Below, in pieces: positions 15,078-28,745 of a DNA stretch of 64,000 nucleotides; positions within the stretch are counted from its first letter, which is position 1, and each line of letters begins with the position of its first letter. This DNA is from the human T2T-CHM13v2.0 reference genome, Homo sapiens. Below the pieces are notes generated by a model. It did no database searches. It was not told the DNA's origin and saw nothing but the letters and a program-made list of their open reading frames with translations. Both the position numbers and the translations under genes were made by a program. The stretch is from assembly GCF_009914755.1 (NCBI RefSeq), contig NC_060935.1. One strand, 5' to 3'.

Positions 15078-15268
15078 ACAAGGTCATGTGTCTCGTAACA
15101 ATGAAGGTATCTTCTGAGAAATGCACAAACCTACATGCTATAACTTACAACACACCAAGGCTATACGGTATGGCCTATGGCCCTTAGGCTGCAAATCTAT
15201 ATAGCATATTACTATACTGAATCCTGCAGGCAACTGTAACACAATGGTATTTGTTTGTCTAATCATAG
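15078..15268 (+). mobile_element. Tigger3/MER7 fragment, left part (resumes about 21336-21378)
   Basis: ttctgagaaatgc...ggctatacggtatggcctat...gcaactgtaacacaatggta; continuation aaaatacagtactataatcttg after the L1 and Alu. Confidence 0.75.
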
Positions 15269-15269
15269 A

Positions 15270-18200
15270 CGGGGGAGACTGGCCAAGATGGCCCATTAGA
15301 AGAAGCCAGTGTGTGCTGCTCTCACAGAAAGAAATAGAAGGGGTAAGTAAATACAGCAGCTTCAACTGAAACATCCAGGTACACACACTGGGATTCATCA
15401 AGAACACAATCCAACCCAAGGAGAATGGAGAAAAGCAAGGCAGGATGACTGCCCACGTGAGAGAGACACAGAGCCAGGGGGGCTTCCCTACCCAGGGAAG
15501 CAATGAGTGAGTGACCAAGTGACCCTGGGGACCCATGCTTCTCCCATTGATCTTTGCAACCCTCAGGTCAGGAGATCCCCACATGAACCCAATCCACTAG
15601 GGCCTGCAGCCTGACACAAAGACATACATGGTGTCTTGGCAGAGCAGCCACTCAGGCACAAGCACAGCCCTGGGAGCTATAGATACCCAAACTTCCTGGC
15701 AAAAGCAGTCACAGCTCTGGCAAAGTGGGAGGTTAGACACCAAAGGGGCTGAATCCAGGAGGCTGAGTGCTTACAGTCTGCAGGCCCTGCTTCTACGGCA
15801 CTGCTCAGGATAAGACCCCCTGGCTTGGAACTCCAGCCAGCCACCAGTAGCAGCATTACACCTCCCTGAGATGGAGCACCCAGAGGAAGAGGTGAGCTGC
15901 TATCTCTGTGGTTTTGCAGCCTTAGCTATTGTTGCCTTCAGTGAAGCTACCCTATGGAAAAGTGTCCAGACTTCTTTTTTATGTGGGTTCCTGACCCTGC
16001 TTCTCCTCACTGGCTGGGACCTCCCAACTTGGGTCACCAACTACCCTCACCAGTGTTTTCCAGCTGGCAATGGTTCTGAGCCTCCTTGGGACAGAGGTCC
16101 CAGGGGGAGGGACTGGCCACCATCTTTGCTGATTCACAGCCTTAGCTATTGTTACCTTCATGCTCTAGGGATTCCAAAGAGACTAGGGACTGAAGCAGTC
16201 CCCTGGCACAGCAGCTCTATGGAGAAGTGGCCAGACAGCTTTTTCACACAAGTCCTTGATTCCATTTTACTTCACTGGGTGACATCTCCCAACCAAGGTC
16301 TGAAACTACCCCTATTGGTGTGTTCAGGCTGGCAACAGGTCTGTACCTCCCTGGGATGGAGCTGTCAGAGGGAAGGGCAGGCCGACATTGTTGCTGTTTT
16401 ACAGCCTTCACTGCACAGGTGCTGGAGAATTCAAGGTGACTAGAGACTGGAGCAGACTCCCAGCATACTGAACAGTCCTACAGAAAAGTGGCCAAACTCT
16501 TTGTTATGTGGGTCCCCAATCTCATATCTCCTTATTGGCAGGTCCTCCCAGCCTGGGTCTGCAGCCACACTCACCATGGCTATGGAGCCAGTAACATCTC
16601 TGCAACTCCCTGAGACAGAGCTCACAGTAGGAGGGGCGGGTTTCCATCTTTGCTGTCTTACAGCCTTTGCCCTTGCTGTCTTGACTCTGGAGAATCCAAG
16701 GGGACCAGGGACTTGTCCAGACTCCCAGCACAGGCCCACCTCATGGAAAAGTGACCAGTCTGTTCTCCGCACAGTTCCCTTTCCCCATTTCTCCTCATTG
16801 GTCAGGGCCACCTGACCTGAGACTGAAGCACAACCACCCTGCTCCCACCTGAACACTTCAATCAGAGTGAGCCCAGCAGTTAAAAGAACGCTCACATGCA
16901 GAGATGAGAAAGAACCAACACCAGAATGCCAGCAACTCAAATGGGCAGAGTGTCTTATGTCCTTCAAACAACATCAGTTCAACAACAGGTTTCTTAACCA
17001 GGCTAAGTTAGCTGAAATGAGAGAAATAGATTTCAGAATATGGATAGGAACAAAAATCATTGAGGTTCAGAACAGCAAAATCCAATCCGAGGAAACTAAG
17101 AACCACAATAAAATGATACAGGAGCTGACAGATAAAATAGCCAGTATGAAAAAGAACCTAACTGATCTAATAGAGCTGAAAAAATATTTCACAGTGTAAT
17201 CACAAGTATTAACAGCAGAAGAGACCAAGCTGAGGAAAGTGTCTCAGAGCGTGAAGACTAGTTCTCTGAAATTGACAGCTAGACAAAGATAAAGAAAAAC
17301 AAATAAAAAGGAATTTTTAAAAACTTTGAGAAATATGGGATTATGTAACAAGGCCAAATCTACAAAACACTGGCATCCCTGAAAGGAACAGAGAGAAAGC
17401 AAACAAATTGAACAACATATTTTAGGATATCCTCCATGAAAACTTCCTCAACCTCACTAGAGACCAATAGTCAAATTCAGGAAATAGAGTGAACCCTTGA
17501 TGTATTCTACAAAAGACGATCATCTCCAAATCACATAATCATTGGGTATTTCAAGGTCAAAATGAAAAAAGAATGTTAAAGGCAGCTAGAGAGAAAGGGC
17601 AGGTCACCGACAAAGAGAATCCTGTCAGTCTAACAACGGACGTCTCAGCAGCAAACCCAGAAGCCAGAAAAAATTGTGGGCCTATATTCAACATTTTTCA
17701 AGAAAAAAATCTTCAACCAAGAACGTCATATCTGGCCAAACTAAGCTTCCTCAGTGAAGGAGAAATAAGATCCTTTTCAGATAAGCAAATTCTGAGAGAA
17801 TTCATTACCATCAGAGTGCCTTACAAAATATCTTAAAAGGAGCACTAAATACAGAAAGGAAAAAGCATTACCAGCCAATACAAAAATACACTTAATTACC
17901 CAGACCAGTGACACTATAAAGCAGACACATAAATAAGTTTGCATAATAACCAGCTAACAATACAATGACAGGATCAAATCCACACATATCAATACTATCC
18001 TTGAATGTAAATGGGTTAAAGGCCCCATTTAAAAGGCACAGAGTGGCAAGCTGGATAAAAAAGCAAGACTGAATGGTAAGCTGTCTTCAAGAGACCCATC
18101 TCACACACAATGACACCCATAGGCTCAAAATAAAGGAATGTTGGAAAATTTATCAAGCATATGGAAATCACAAAAAAAGTAGAGGTGGCAATCCTAATTT

Positions 18201-21200
18201 CAGACAAAACAGACTTTAAAATAACAAAGTTCAAAAAAGACAAAGAAGGGTGTGACATAATTGTAAAGGTTTTAATTCAACAAGAAGATGTAACTATCCT
18301 AAATATACATGCGTCCAACACAGGAGCACGCAGATTGATAAAGCAAGTTCTTAGAGACCTACAAAGAGACTTAGACTTCCACATAATAATTGTGGAAGAC
18401 TTCAACACTCCACTAATAGTGTTAAACAGACCATTAAGGCAGAAAACTAACAAAGATATTCAGGACTTGAACTCAACGTTGGACCAAATGGAAATGACCT
18501 CTACAGAACTCTCTACTTTAAAATAACAGAAAATACATTCTTCTAATCACCACATGGCACATACTTTAAGATCAACCACACAATCAGACATAAAAACATC
18601 CTCAGCAAATTAAAAAATAAATATATATACACACACACACACATATATATATATACACCAAACACATTCTCAGACCACAGCACAATAAAAATAGAAATCG
18701 AGACTAAAAACAATTACTCAAAACCATACAATTATACGGAAATTAAGCAACCTACTCCTGAATGAGTCTTGAGTAAATAATGAAATTAAGGCAGAAATCA
18801 AGAAATACTTTGAAACTAATGAGAACAAAGACACAACATACCAGAGTCTCTGGGACACAGCTAAAACAGTGTTAAAAGGGAAATTTATAGCTCTAAATGC
18901 CTACAACGAAAAGTTTTAAAGACCTCAAATTAACAACCTAACATCACAGCTAAAAAAAAAAAAAAAAAAAAAAAAATAGATAAGCAAGAGGATACCAACC
19001 CCAAAGCTAGCAGAAGACAGGAAACAAACAAATTCAGAGCTGAACTAAAGGAGATTGAGACACGAAAAGCCATTGCAAAGATCAATGAATCCAAGAGTTG
19101 TTTTTTGAAAACATTAATAAGATATATAGGCCATTAGCTAGACTAGTAAAGCAGAAAAAAAGAGAAGATTCAAATAAACAGAGTTATAAACAACAAAGGG
19201 GCTGTTAACTCTGACCCCCACAAACAGTGTAGCATAAATTAAGAACAACAACAACAAAACCGTCAGAGACTACCATAAACAGCTTTATGCACATAAACTA
19301 GAAAATCTAGAAGAAATGGATAAATTTCTAGACACATACACTCTCCCAAGGCTGAACCAGGAAGATATTGAATACTTAAAGAGACCAATAACGAGCTCCA
19401 AAATAGAATCAGTAATAAATAGCCAACCAACCGAAGAAAAACCAGAAACAAATGGAGTCACAGCCAAATTCCACTAGATGTACAAAGAATAGTGGATAAT
19501 ATTCCTATTGAAATTATTCCAAAAACTGAGGAGAAGGGATTCCTTCCTAACTCACTCTATGAGACAAGCATCATCCTGATACCAAAACCTTGCAGAAAGA
19601 CAGCCAAAACAGAAAACTTTAGGCCAATATCCTGATGAACACTGATGCAAAAAATCCTCAACAAAATACTTGCAAACCAAATCCAGCAGTGCATCAAAAA
19701 GCGAATTCACCACAATCAAGTCGGCTTTTTTCCATGGGATGCAAGGTTGGTTCAACATATGCAAATCAATAAATGTAATTCATCACATAAACAGAACTGG
19801 AGAGAAAAAAAACCCACTTGATTATCTCAATAGATACAAAAAAGACATTCAATAAAATTCAACATCTTTTCATGGTAAAAACTCAGTAAACTAGGAATTG
19901 ATGGAACTTACTTGAAAATAATAAGAGCCATCTATGACAAAACCACAGCCAACATCAACTGAATGGGCAAAAGCTGGAAGCATTTCCTTTGAAAACCAAG
20001 AGAAGACAAGAATGCCCTCTCTCGCCACTCCTATTCAACATACCATTGGGTGACTTGGCCAGAGCAATCAGTCAAGAGAAAGACATAAAGAGCATCCTAA
20101 TAGAAAGAGAGGAAGTCAAACTATCCCTGTTTGCAGATGGCGTTGTTCTATATCTAACAAACTCCATGATCTCAGCCCAAAAGATCCTGTAACTGACAAA
20201 CAACTTTAGCAAAGTTTCAGGATACAAAATCAATGTACAAAAAACACTGGCATTCCTATATACCAACAACAGCAAGGCCAAGAGCCAAAGTAGAAACACA
20301 ATCCCATTCACAATAGCCACAGAAGGAATAAAATACCTAGGAATACAGCTAACCAGGGAGATGAAAGATTTATACAATGAGAATTACAAAACACTGCTCA
20401 AAGAAGTCCGAGATGACACAAACAAATGGAACAACATTCCATGTTCGTGGATAGAAAGAATCAATATCATTACAAGGGCCAGACTGCCCAAAGCAATGTA
20501 CAGAGTCACTGCTATTACTGCCAAACTACCAATGACATTATTCACATACTAGAAAAAAAAAACTGTTTTAAAATTCATATGGAACCAAAAAAGAGCCTTA
20601 ATAGCAAAGGAAATCTTAAGCAAAAAGAGCAAAGCTGGAGATAACACATTACCCAATGTCCACCTGTACTACAGGGCTACAGTAACCAAAACTGCATGGT
20701 GCTGATACAAAAACAGACACATAGACCAGTGGAATGAAATTAAGAGCCCAGACATATGGCCCCAGACCTATAACCATCTGATCTTCAACAAAGCTGACCA
20801 AAAGAAGAAACAGGGAAAAGACTCCCTGTTCAATAAATGGTGCTGGATAAGTGGCTGGTCACATGCAGAAGATTGAAACTGGACCCCCCCCTTACACCAT
20901 ATACAAAAATCAATTCAAGATGGATTAAAGACTTAAATGTGAAACCCAAAAGTGTAAGAACCTTGGAAGACCACCACCTACGCAATGCCATTTTCGGCAA
21001 AGGAACTGGCAAAGATTTCATGAAGATGCCAAAAGCAATCACAACGAAAGCAAAAATTGACAAATGGGATCTAATTAAACTAAAGAGCTTTTTAACAGCA
21101 GAAGAAACTATCAAAGGTTACACTGACAGTGTACAGAAGAGGATAAAGTATTTGTAAACTATGCATCTGATGAAGGTCTAATATGCAGTATCTATAAGGA

Positions 21201-21212
21201 ATTTAAATTTAC
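15270..21212 (+). mobile_element. Old primate LINE-1 (L1PB / L1PA13-16 type): 5' UTR, ORF1 and most of ORF2, degenerate, 3' end missing
   Basis: 5' ggccaagatggc, ORF1 remnants (16867..17836), EN (VAILISDKTDFK) and RT (LFADG) remnants with many stops and frameshifts. Confidence 0.92.
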
Positions 21213-21325
21213 AGGTTTGATGCTAGGAGGTTGAGGCTGCAGTGAGCTATGATCATGCAACTGCACTCCACCCACCAGCCTGGGCAACAAACAAAAGACC
21301 CTATCTCTAAAAACATAATAATAAC
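21213..21325 (+). mobile_element. Alu right-arm 3' fragment (AluJ-like)
   Basis: ggaggttgaggctgcagtgagctatgatcatgc...gcctgggcaac. Confidence 0.8.
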
Positions 21326-21425
21326 AATTTTTTTCAAAATACAGTACTATAATCTTGTGATACCATGATTGTACACACCCACACATATATGTATGTATGT
21401 GTGTGTGTGTATACATATACACACT

Positions 21426-21828
21426 ACTATTGTCTGAATGTTTGTGTCTCCCCAAAATTTCTATGTTGGAATCCTAATCCCCATGGAGATTGTGTTAGGA
21501 GAATAGGAGGTGGGGCTTTGGGGAAATAATTAAGTAATGAATTGGGGAAATTATTAAGTCATGATGGTGGAGCACTTATAATTGCGATTAGTGCCCTTTC
21601 AAAAGAGGTCACAGAGAGCTAGCTAGCTACCTTCCACTATGGGAGGAGACGATAAGAAGGTGTTATGTATGACAAAATGGGCCCTAGCCAAACATTGAGT
21701 CAGCCAGTACCTTTATTTCAGATCACCAGGCCTCTAGAACTACAAGAAATAAATTTATGTTATTTATGAGCTACCTAGTATACCATTGAGGCTAGTATTT
21801 GTTATAGCAGCCTGAATGGGCTAAGATA
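21426..21828 (+). mobile_element. MLT1A-type MaLR LTR
   Basis: tctgaatgtttgtgtctccccaaaatt...gttatagcagcctgaatgggctaagata. Confidence 0.85.
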
Positions 21829-22122
21829 TATAAGATATATATCTATATCTACATATTGATATACATACATATATATATATATGTATATATATATGTATGT
21901 ATATCCTTGAATAGTAGGAACCATATCTTACTCATGATTGCATCTTCCAAGGTCTACTTAGTATAATATAATGTTTGATTAACTGAATTAAATTGATTTC
22001 CCTTTGATTATGCTCATTTTCACATACTCCATTGAGCTTCACTTCAGTCCAATGTGATTAGTCAGGTAACCTCTGTGTTCCTGATCCTGTGCTGGACCAT
22101 GCTGTGGTGGGGAAAAGAAGGG

Positions 22123-22642
22123 TGACTTCATAAAAAGCACATTACTCCAAAATATGGTGCCTTGACATGTTGACTATTTTATGCTAAAGGAATTTGGGAA
22201 GTAGCAGGTGCAGGAATGACTCTCTGGCCTCCCCACTCCTCCCCTGAAGCAGGTCATGAGACTCTCTTGTGAGAGGTGCCCTTTCTATACCTGTAGAAAA
22301 GGAACGTCCTTATTTCCAAAAATAGACACCCATCAAGAGGAATCTGAACATACAGGCCTTGCTAAGTTTTCCCCAATTTATTGCTCTTAGCTTATACCCT
22401 TTTTTCCTGTCACATTTTCCTGCAACTTTCCACTTTTCATCAAATCTAGTATAAAAACGCTTGGACTTAATTGTTTCTTTTAGTCTTCATTTCCTTATGA
22501 AGACTCCAGTGTCATGTAAAAATTATATTAAATAAATTTGTATGTTTTCCTTTTATTCACCCATCTTTTGTTAAACTAATTTATACAGTCTCAGTCAGGG
22601 AACCTAGGAATGTAAAAGACAAGATATTTTTCCTTTTCTACA
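22123..22642 (+). mobile_element. ERV1-class solo LTR (MER34/MER39-like)
   Basis: ccaaaatatggtgcc...; TATA-like gtataaaa, AATAAA, ends ctaca. Confidence 0.7.
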
Positions 22643-23570
22643 GGGGTTAGGAGAGGACAAAGTAACTGTCCCTAAAAAGTACAGCATGTGAATTATGTAA
22701 CCTAGTCAAACACAGAGAAGTCAGAGAACCACAAAAGTCAATGTGCCAGGATTGAGGAAAACTGTAAACAGAAGAATATCGATCATTAAGAGGCACAGGT
22801 TCCAGCCCTAGATTTGCCACTAAACAGCTGTAGGAGAGCTTTGAGTTACTAGCTTGTCCTCTCAAGATCTCACTTCCCATCTCCCAAAAACATATATGAG
22901 CAAACCCATGAACCTCTAAATTGGGCAAGTTTTTCTGAATCATATCTGCTTCATATGTATATTTATCTAGCAACAATACCTGCACTAGACGCACTAGTTA
23001 GATGCTTAACTGCAAGCAATAAAAATTAACACTTAATGATTTGAGTTGAAAAAAAGAAAAAGAAATTTAAGTGAATGCTTTGGGCACCTGACAGAGTAAG
23101 TCACCAACAGGCCGAGAAGACCTAAATAAGAAAATGGGCAAAAAACAGAAAGAAAGAAAAGACTATGACAGATGAACCACAGCTCAAATAATGCCACAGA
23201 ACCTGCTGCTACTACTGACCCTGGAATTCCATGGCTTGTATGACTGTGCGCCTTCAGTGGGGGCAGAACAGTGCTGCTGACTCTGAGAGTGCTGCGGGTG
23301 CTGCCGCTCCCACTGCAAGAGGCTTCTCCACTGGCCCAATTTCTTGGAAGATGGAGCCCCACAAAGGGGCCAAGCCTAGGTCAGAGTCCACAGGAGCTGT
23401 AAATCTGGTGGGAGGTTATTTATTGGGAAGTATACACTTCCTTCTCCATCCAGCGCCTCAACTTAATGATAGAAAATTATCCAAACACAGAAGACAGTTC
23501 TTGTCCTGGGAAGACAATAAAATGAGCCTCATTCAAACATGAAGAACTCAACTTAATTTCTCACACTTAC

Positions 23571-23865
23571 CCACACAAAGAACATCATTCAGATATGGTG
23601 GAGTATTTGAGCCAACTTTAAATGAATGTTGAGTACAAAACCATATTCTTAGCACATTGCAATGTGATTCTTTTTGTTCCATCAGAACAATGTATGCATA
23701 ATTTTCTCATCAATACATTTCACATTTTAGTGTGGTTAGTAATGTATTCTGTCTTACCCCAACAAGACTATGTGTTGGTACACACCTTATTCTTCTTTGT
23801 GTTCTTGCCAAATTTTAGCGATAACATACATATTTTGCTTTGTGTGGTTTTGTTTATGGGAGATT
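23571..23865 (-). pseudogene. Putative Cys-rich exon
   Basis: Consensus donor TGG|gtaagt at 23571; translation ends ...KYSTISE*CSLC; acceptor possibly mutated (tttttttctaa). Confidence 0.4.
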
Positions 23866-24236
23866 TTAGAAAAAAAATGTATTTAAAGGATATATAATAG
23901 TCAGTTTAATTTTGTTAATGGGTAAAGAATTTATGAAATCAATAAGAAAATTACCAATACTTCAATAAATAATATAGCAAAGGACAAACACGGGCACTTC
24001 ACCAATAAAGAAATATAACTGAATAAAAAAATGGGAAAATGTCAATAATAAAAGAAATAGAAAATAACATGAAAACCTTTTTTACTTTCAAATTTGCAAA
24101 AATTTTCCAACTCATAATATATAGCATTTATAATATACAATATAATATTGGTCAAGGATTAAGAGAAAGTAGCAGTTTCATATATTTTACAGGGGCATAC
24201 ATTTATAATATTTAAGACAAAATTTCTAATATATAT

Positions 24237-26535
24237 TCATATAGTCTGGCTGTGTCCCTAACCAACTCTCATCTTCAATTGTATCTCCGAGAACTCCCAC
24301 ATCCTGTGGGAGGGACCCATGGTTGGGGCGGGGGAGGGGGGGTAATTGAATCATGGGGGCAAGTCTTTCCTCTGCTATTCTCATGATAGTGAATAAGTCT
24401 CACGAGATCTGATGGGTTTATCAGTGTTTCAACTTTTGCTTTTTCCTCATTTTTCTCTTGCAGCTGCCATGTAAGAGTGCCTTTCACCTTCCACCATGAT
24501 TCTGAGGCATCCCCAGCCATGTGCAACTGTAAGCCCAATTAAACCTCTTTTTCTTCTCAGTCTTGGGTATATCTTTATCAGCAGCATGAAAATGGGCTTA
24601 TACAGTAAATAGGTACCAGTAGGGTGGGGCGTTGCTGAAAAGATTCCCAAAAATGTGGAAGTGACTTTGGAGCTGGGCAACAGGCAGAGGTTGGAACAGT
24701 TTGGAGGGCTCAGAAGAAGACAGAAAAATGTGGGAAAGTTTGGAACCTCCTAGAGACTTGTTGAATGGCTTTGACAAAAATGCTGATAATGATATGAACA
24801 ATAAGGTCCAAGCTGAGGTGGTCTCAGATGGTGATGAGGAACTTGGTGGGAACTGGATCAAAGGTGACTCTTGTTGTTTTAGCAAAAAGACTGGCAGAAT
24901 TTTGCCCCTGCCCTAGAGATTTGTGGAAATTTGAACTTGAGAGAGATGATTTAGGGTATCTGGCGGAATAAATTTCTAAGTAGCAAAGCATTCATAAGGT
25001 GACTTGGGTGCTTGTTAAAAGCGTTACATTTTAAAAGGGAAGCAGGACATCAAAGTTCAGAAACTTTGCAGCCTGATGATGCAGTAGAAAAGAAAAACCC
25101 ATTTTTTGAGGAGGAATTCAAGCCAGCTGCAGAAATTTGCATAAGTAGCAAGGAGCCTAATATTAATTCCCACGATCATGAGGAAAATGTCTCTAGGCCA
25201 TGTCAGAGACCTCCATGGCAGCCCCTCCCATCACAGACCCAGAGGCCCAAGAGGAAAAAGTGGTTTCATGAGCTGGGCCCAAGGTCCCCATGCTGTTTGC
25301 AGCCTAGGGACATGGTGTCCTATGTCCCAGCCACTCCAGCTGTGACTGAAAGGGACCAACATAGAGCTCAGACTGTGGCTTCAGAGGGTGGAGGCCCCAA
25401 GCGTTGGCAACTTCCACATGGTGTTGAGCCTGCAGAGGTGCATGGAAGTCAAGAATTGAGGTTTGGGAACCTCCTCCTAGATTTCAAAATATGTATGGAA
25501 ACACCTGGATTCCCAGGCAAAAGTTTGCTGCAAGGGGGGAGCCCTCATGGAGAACCTCTGCTAGGGCAGTGCCAAAGGGAAATGTGGGGTCAGACCCCCC
25601 ACACAGAATCCCTACTGGGGCACTGCTTAGTGGAGGTTTGAGATGAAGGCCATCATCCTCCAGATCCCAGAAAGGTACATCCATTAGCAGCTTGCACTGT
25701 GCACCTGGAAAAGCCACAGACATTCAATGCCAGCTCAGGAAAGCAGCCAGGAGGGAAGCTGTACCCTGCAAAGCCAGAGGGACAGAGCTGCCCAAAACCA
25801 TGGGGACGCACCTCTTGCATCAGCATGACCTGGATGTGAAACCTGGAGTCAAAGGAGATCATTTTGGAGCTTTAAAACTTGACTGCCCCTCTGGATTTCG
25901 GACTTGCATGGGCCCTGTAACCCCTTTGTTTTGGCCAATTTCTCTCATTTGGAACAACTGTATTTACCCAACACCTGTATCCCCATTGTATCTAGGAAGT
26001 AACTAGCTTGCTTTTGATTTTACAGGCTCATAGGCAGAAGGGACTTGCTTTGTCTCAGATGAGACTTTGGACTTTTGACTTTTGGATTGTTGCTGAATGA
26101 GTTGACTTTGGGAGATTGTTGGGAGGCATGATTGTTTTTGAAATGTGGGGACATGAGATTCAGAGAGGCCAGGGGTGGAATGATGCAGTTTGGCTGTGTC
26201 CCCACCCAAATCTCAACTTGAATTTTATCTCCCAGAATTCCCACATGTTGTGGGAGGGACCCAGGAGGAAGTAATGGAATAATGGGGGCCAGTCTTTCCT
26301 GTGTTATTCTCATGATTGTGAATAAGTCTCACAAGATCTGATGGGTTTAACAGGGATTTCTGCTTTTGCTTCTTCCTCATTTTTCTCTTGCAGCCGCCAA
26401 GTAAGAAGTGCCTTTCACTTCCTGCCATGATTCTGAGGCCTCCCCAGCCATGTGGAACTGTAAGGCCAATTAAACCTCTTTTTCTTCCCAGTCTCAGGTA
26501 TATCTTTATCAGCAGCATGAAAATGGACTAATACA
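24237..26535 (+). mobile_element. Full-length THE1A element (LTR 24237-24604, internal 24605-26180, LTR 26181-26535)
   Basis: Two THE1 LTRs, internal region with decayed ORF, 5-bp TSD tatat/tatac. Confidence 0.95.
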
Positions 26536-27285
26536 TATACCATGAGTCTTACAATTTTAATATCTATTGACTTGGAAATAACCTTTCCAATTATTTATGC
26601 CAACAGAAAATGCAGAATAAAACATTAAAATATTCACTAGAGCATCATTTATCATAATATAATATTAAGATAGAAATATTGACTTATAATGGTATTATGC
26701 CACCATTGAAAATGATGCTTCTGAAACATTCATACTGACATGGAAAATGTTGCCACATGTATTTTGTATAGGCAGGCATTGCAACAAATGGCACTTCTTA
26801 CGATTTGTTCTTTACATGTCTGTCTCTTTCATGAAACCACAGTCTCTTCAAAGTCTAGTATCTTATGCTATTTATCTTTTAATCAATAGTACCTAGAACA
26901 TTGTTACCTAATTTCAGTGCCATATATTATTAAATAATAAAATAAATAAATAAATAAATAAATAAGTGAGCAAATAAATACGTATATATCTTATTTACAA
27001 AACTGTTTCCCTGAATCGTCTCTACGTCTGTTACTTGGTATATTTTGTGACATATAACATTGCAATAGAAGACAATTAATATTATGCAGAACCTATGCTC
27101 TAAAATCCTTTTGGAAATTCAGTGCCTCATTTGAGTAAAAAGCATTCTTTTTCTCTTTTATTCAGAAGGTATAAAGCTAGATACCACGAGTCCCTGATAA
27201 GCTACAATACTGACTGGATTTTTAAAGGGCCTCTATAATATAAGCGAACAGGTCATTTCCAAAGTCCTTGGACCATATGATAAAA

Positions 27286-27288
<3 letters not shown>

Positions 27289-27327
<39 letters not shown>

Positions 27328-27341
27328 ACAACAACAACAAC
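27289..27341. repeat. Compound (CA)n(CAA)n microsatellite
   Basis: Direct reading. Confidence 0.95.
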
Positions 27342-27464
27342 ACCTGTCAAGCTATCAGTGCCTGCCTCTCATGAACCCCTAGCTCATTCCTACTAGCTCT
27401 GAATATTGTCTGCAGAGGATGCCAGAGAATGAAGAATTGCCAAGCCTGTAAAGTGAGCACTGAC

Positions 27465-27626
27465 ACTGACGACTTTCAGATATAAAGGAATGTTCGATGG
27501 CACCCACTGGAATTACGTTCATGTGTGTTGTACCAGTTGTTTAATCTTCAGATCAGGCAAATGATAATACCAAATAAACGAGGTCAATTGCCAGAATAAG
27601 CATGTGTTTCCAAGACCACATAATGA
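27465..27626 (-). pseudogene. Putative exon, IPT second half
   Basis: Acceptor atgtcctag|; SLCGLGNT...HLPDLK...FQWVPSNIPLYLKVVS; phase-0 join to the previous exon; donor gtcagt at 27470 or 27464. Confidence 0.4.
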
Positions 27627-27959
27627 CTAGGACATGTGTTGGTATCAAGAAATTTTCATTGAAAATGTAATCATTCTCAGACTCTCAAAAATAACTAAAA
27701 TACTCTGACCCCCATAGGTAGCACAGGGATTTACCTACATATTATATCAATTATTCATGAAATGTTTTATTCATAAAGAGTTTGTTCCAAGGTTATTTAT
27801 AGATATAAATAGGAAAATTTCATAGAAGGCACATACCTAACTCTATCACAAGATTCTTATGTCAGACACATGGGCTCGTAATGTATAATGTTGCCTGGGT
27901 TATGAAAATAAATGGGGGTTTAAAGGGATGCAGAGTTGGAGAACTGAGTCCGGTGAGTG

Positions 27960-28180
27960 AAAGCATAGGCTTCAGAGTCAGAGACAGAGTTCAGCTCATT
28001 GCACTGGGCTTATTAACTGAAAGTCCTCAGTTATTTAATCACTCTTGTTGCTGTTTACTCACTTATAGATAGCAATGATGACAATGATGAGGATGATAAT
28101 GCTTATCTCATAGATGCATTGTGAGAATTAAATGAGCTTCAAGCACTTGGCACATTTTGTAGCTTGTGCCAAATACTGGT
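27960..28180 (+). mobile_element. MIR
   Basis: aagcataggcttcagagtcagagac...gtgagaattaaatgag...aagcacttggcac. Confidence 0.7.
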
Positions 28181-28216
28181 AAAGACAATTTAATTAGGTA
28201 AAATTACAAGAGCATA

Positions 28217-28745
28217 TTAAATGGTTAGTTTTGTATGTCAACTTGACTGGGCTAAGGGATACCCAGGTAGCTGGTAAATCATTTCTGGGCATGTCTGTGA
28301 GTGTGTTTCTAGAATAAATTAGTATTTGAGTCAGTAGACTGAGTAAAGACTATCGCCCTCATCAATGTGAGCAGGCATCATCCAATCCAATCCATTGAGG
28401 GCCTTAATAGAATAAAAGGTGAAGAAAGGGTAAATTCTCCCCTTTCTTGAGCTAGGGCCTCCATCTTCTCCCATCCTCAGACATCAGAGTTCTTGGTTCT
28501 CTGGCCTTCAGACTCTGGGAATTGTATCTGCAGCCTACCCATACATACTCCTTCTTCTTTCAACTTTTGGCTTCAGAATGAATTACACCACCAGCTTTCT
28601 TGGTTCTCCAGCTTCTAGACAGTATATCATGGGACTTCTAGGCCTCCATAATCACATGAGCTAATTCCCATAATAAATTTCCTCTTCTATATTTATCTAT
28701 ATTCTACTAGTTCTACTTCTTAAGAAAACCCAGACCGATAATACA
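28217..28745 (+). mobile_element. MLT2 (ERVL) solo LTR
   Basis: atggttagttttgtatgtcaacttgactgggctaagggatacccag...aataca. Confidence 0.85.

Noticed and set aside
15871-16967. 190-aa and 175-aa ORFs
   Set aside because: Incidental frames in the GC-rich repetitive L1 5' UTR.
21860-21903. Palindromic AT-rich stretch (also 14228-14285)
   Set aside because: Trivial consequence of (TA)n/(TACA)n simple repeats.
23170-23410. GC-richer Ala/Ser-rich ORF segment
   Set aside because: No recognisable family, splice signals or poly-A/TSD; cannot be assigned.
25012-25641. 209-aa ORF
   Set aside because: Lies within the THE1 internal region; a decayed MaLR frame.
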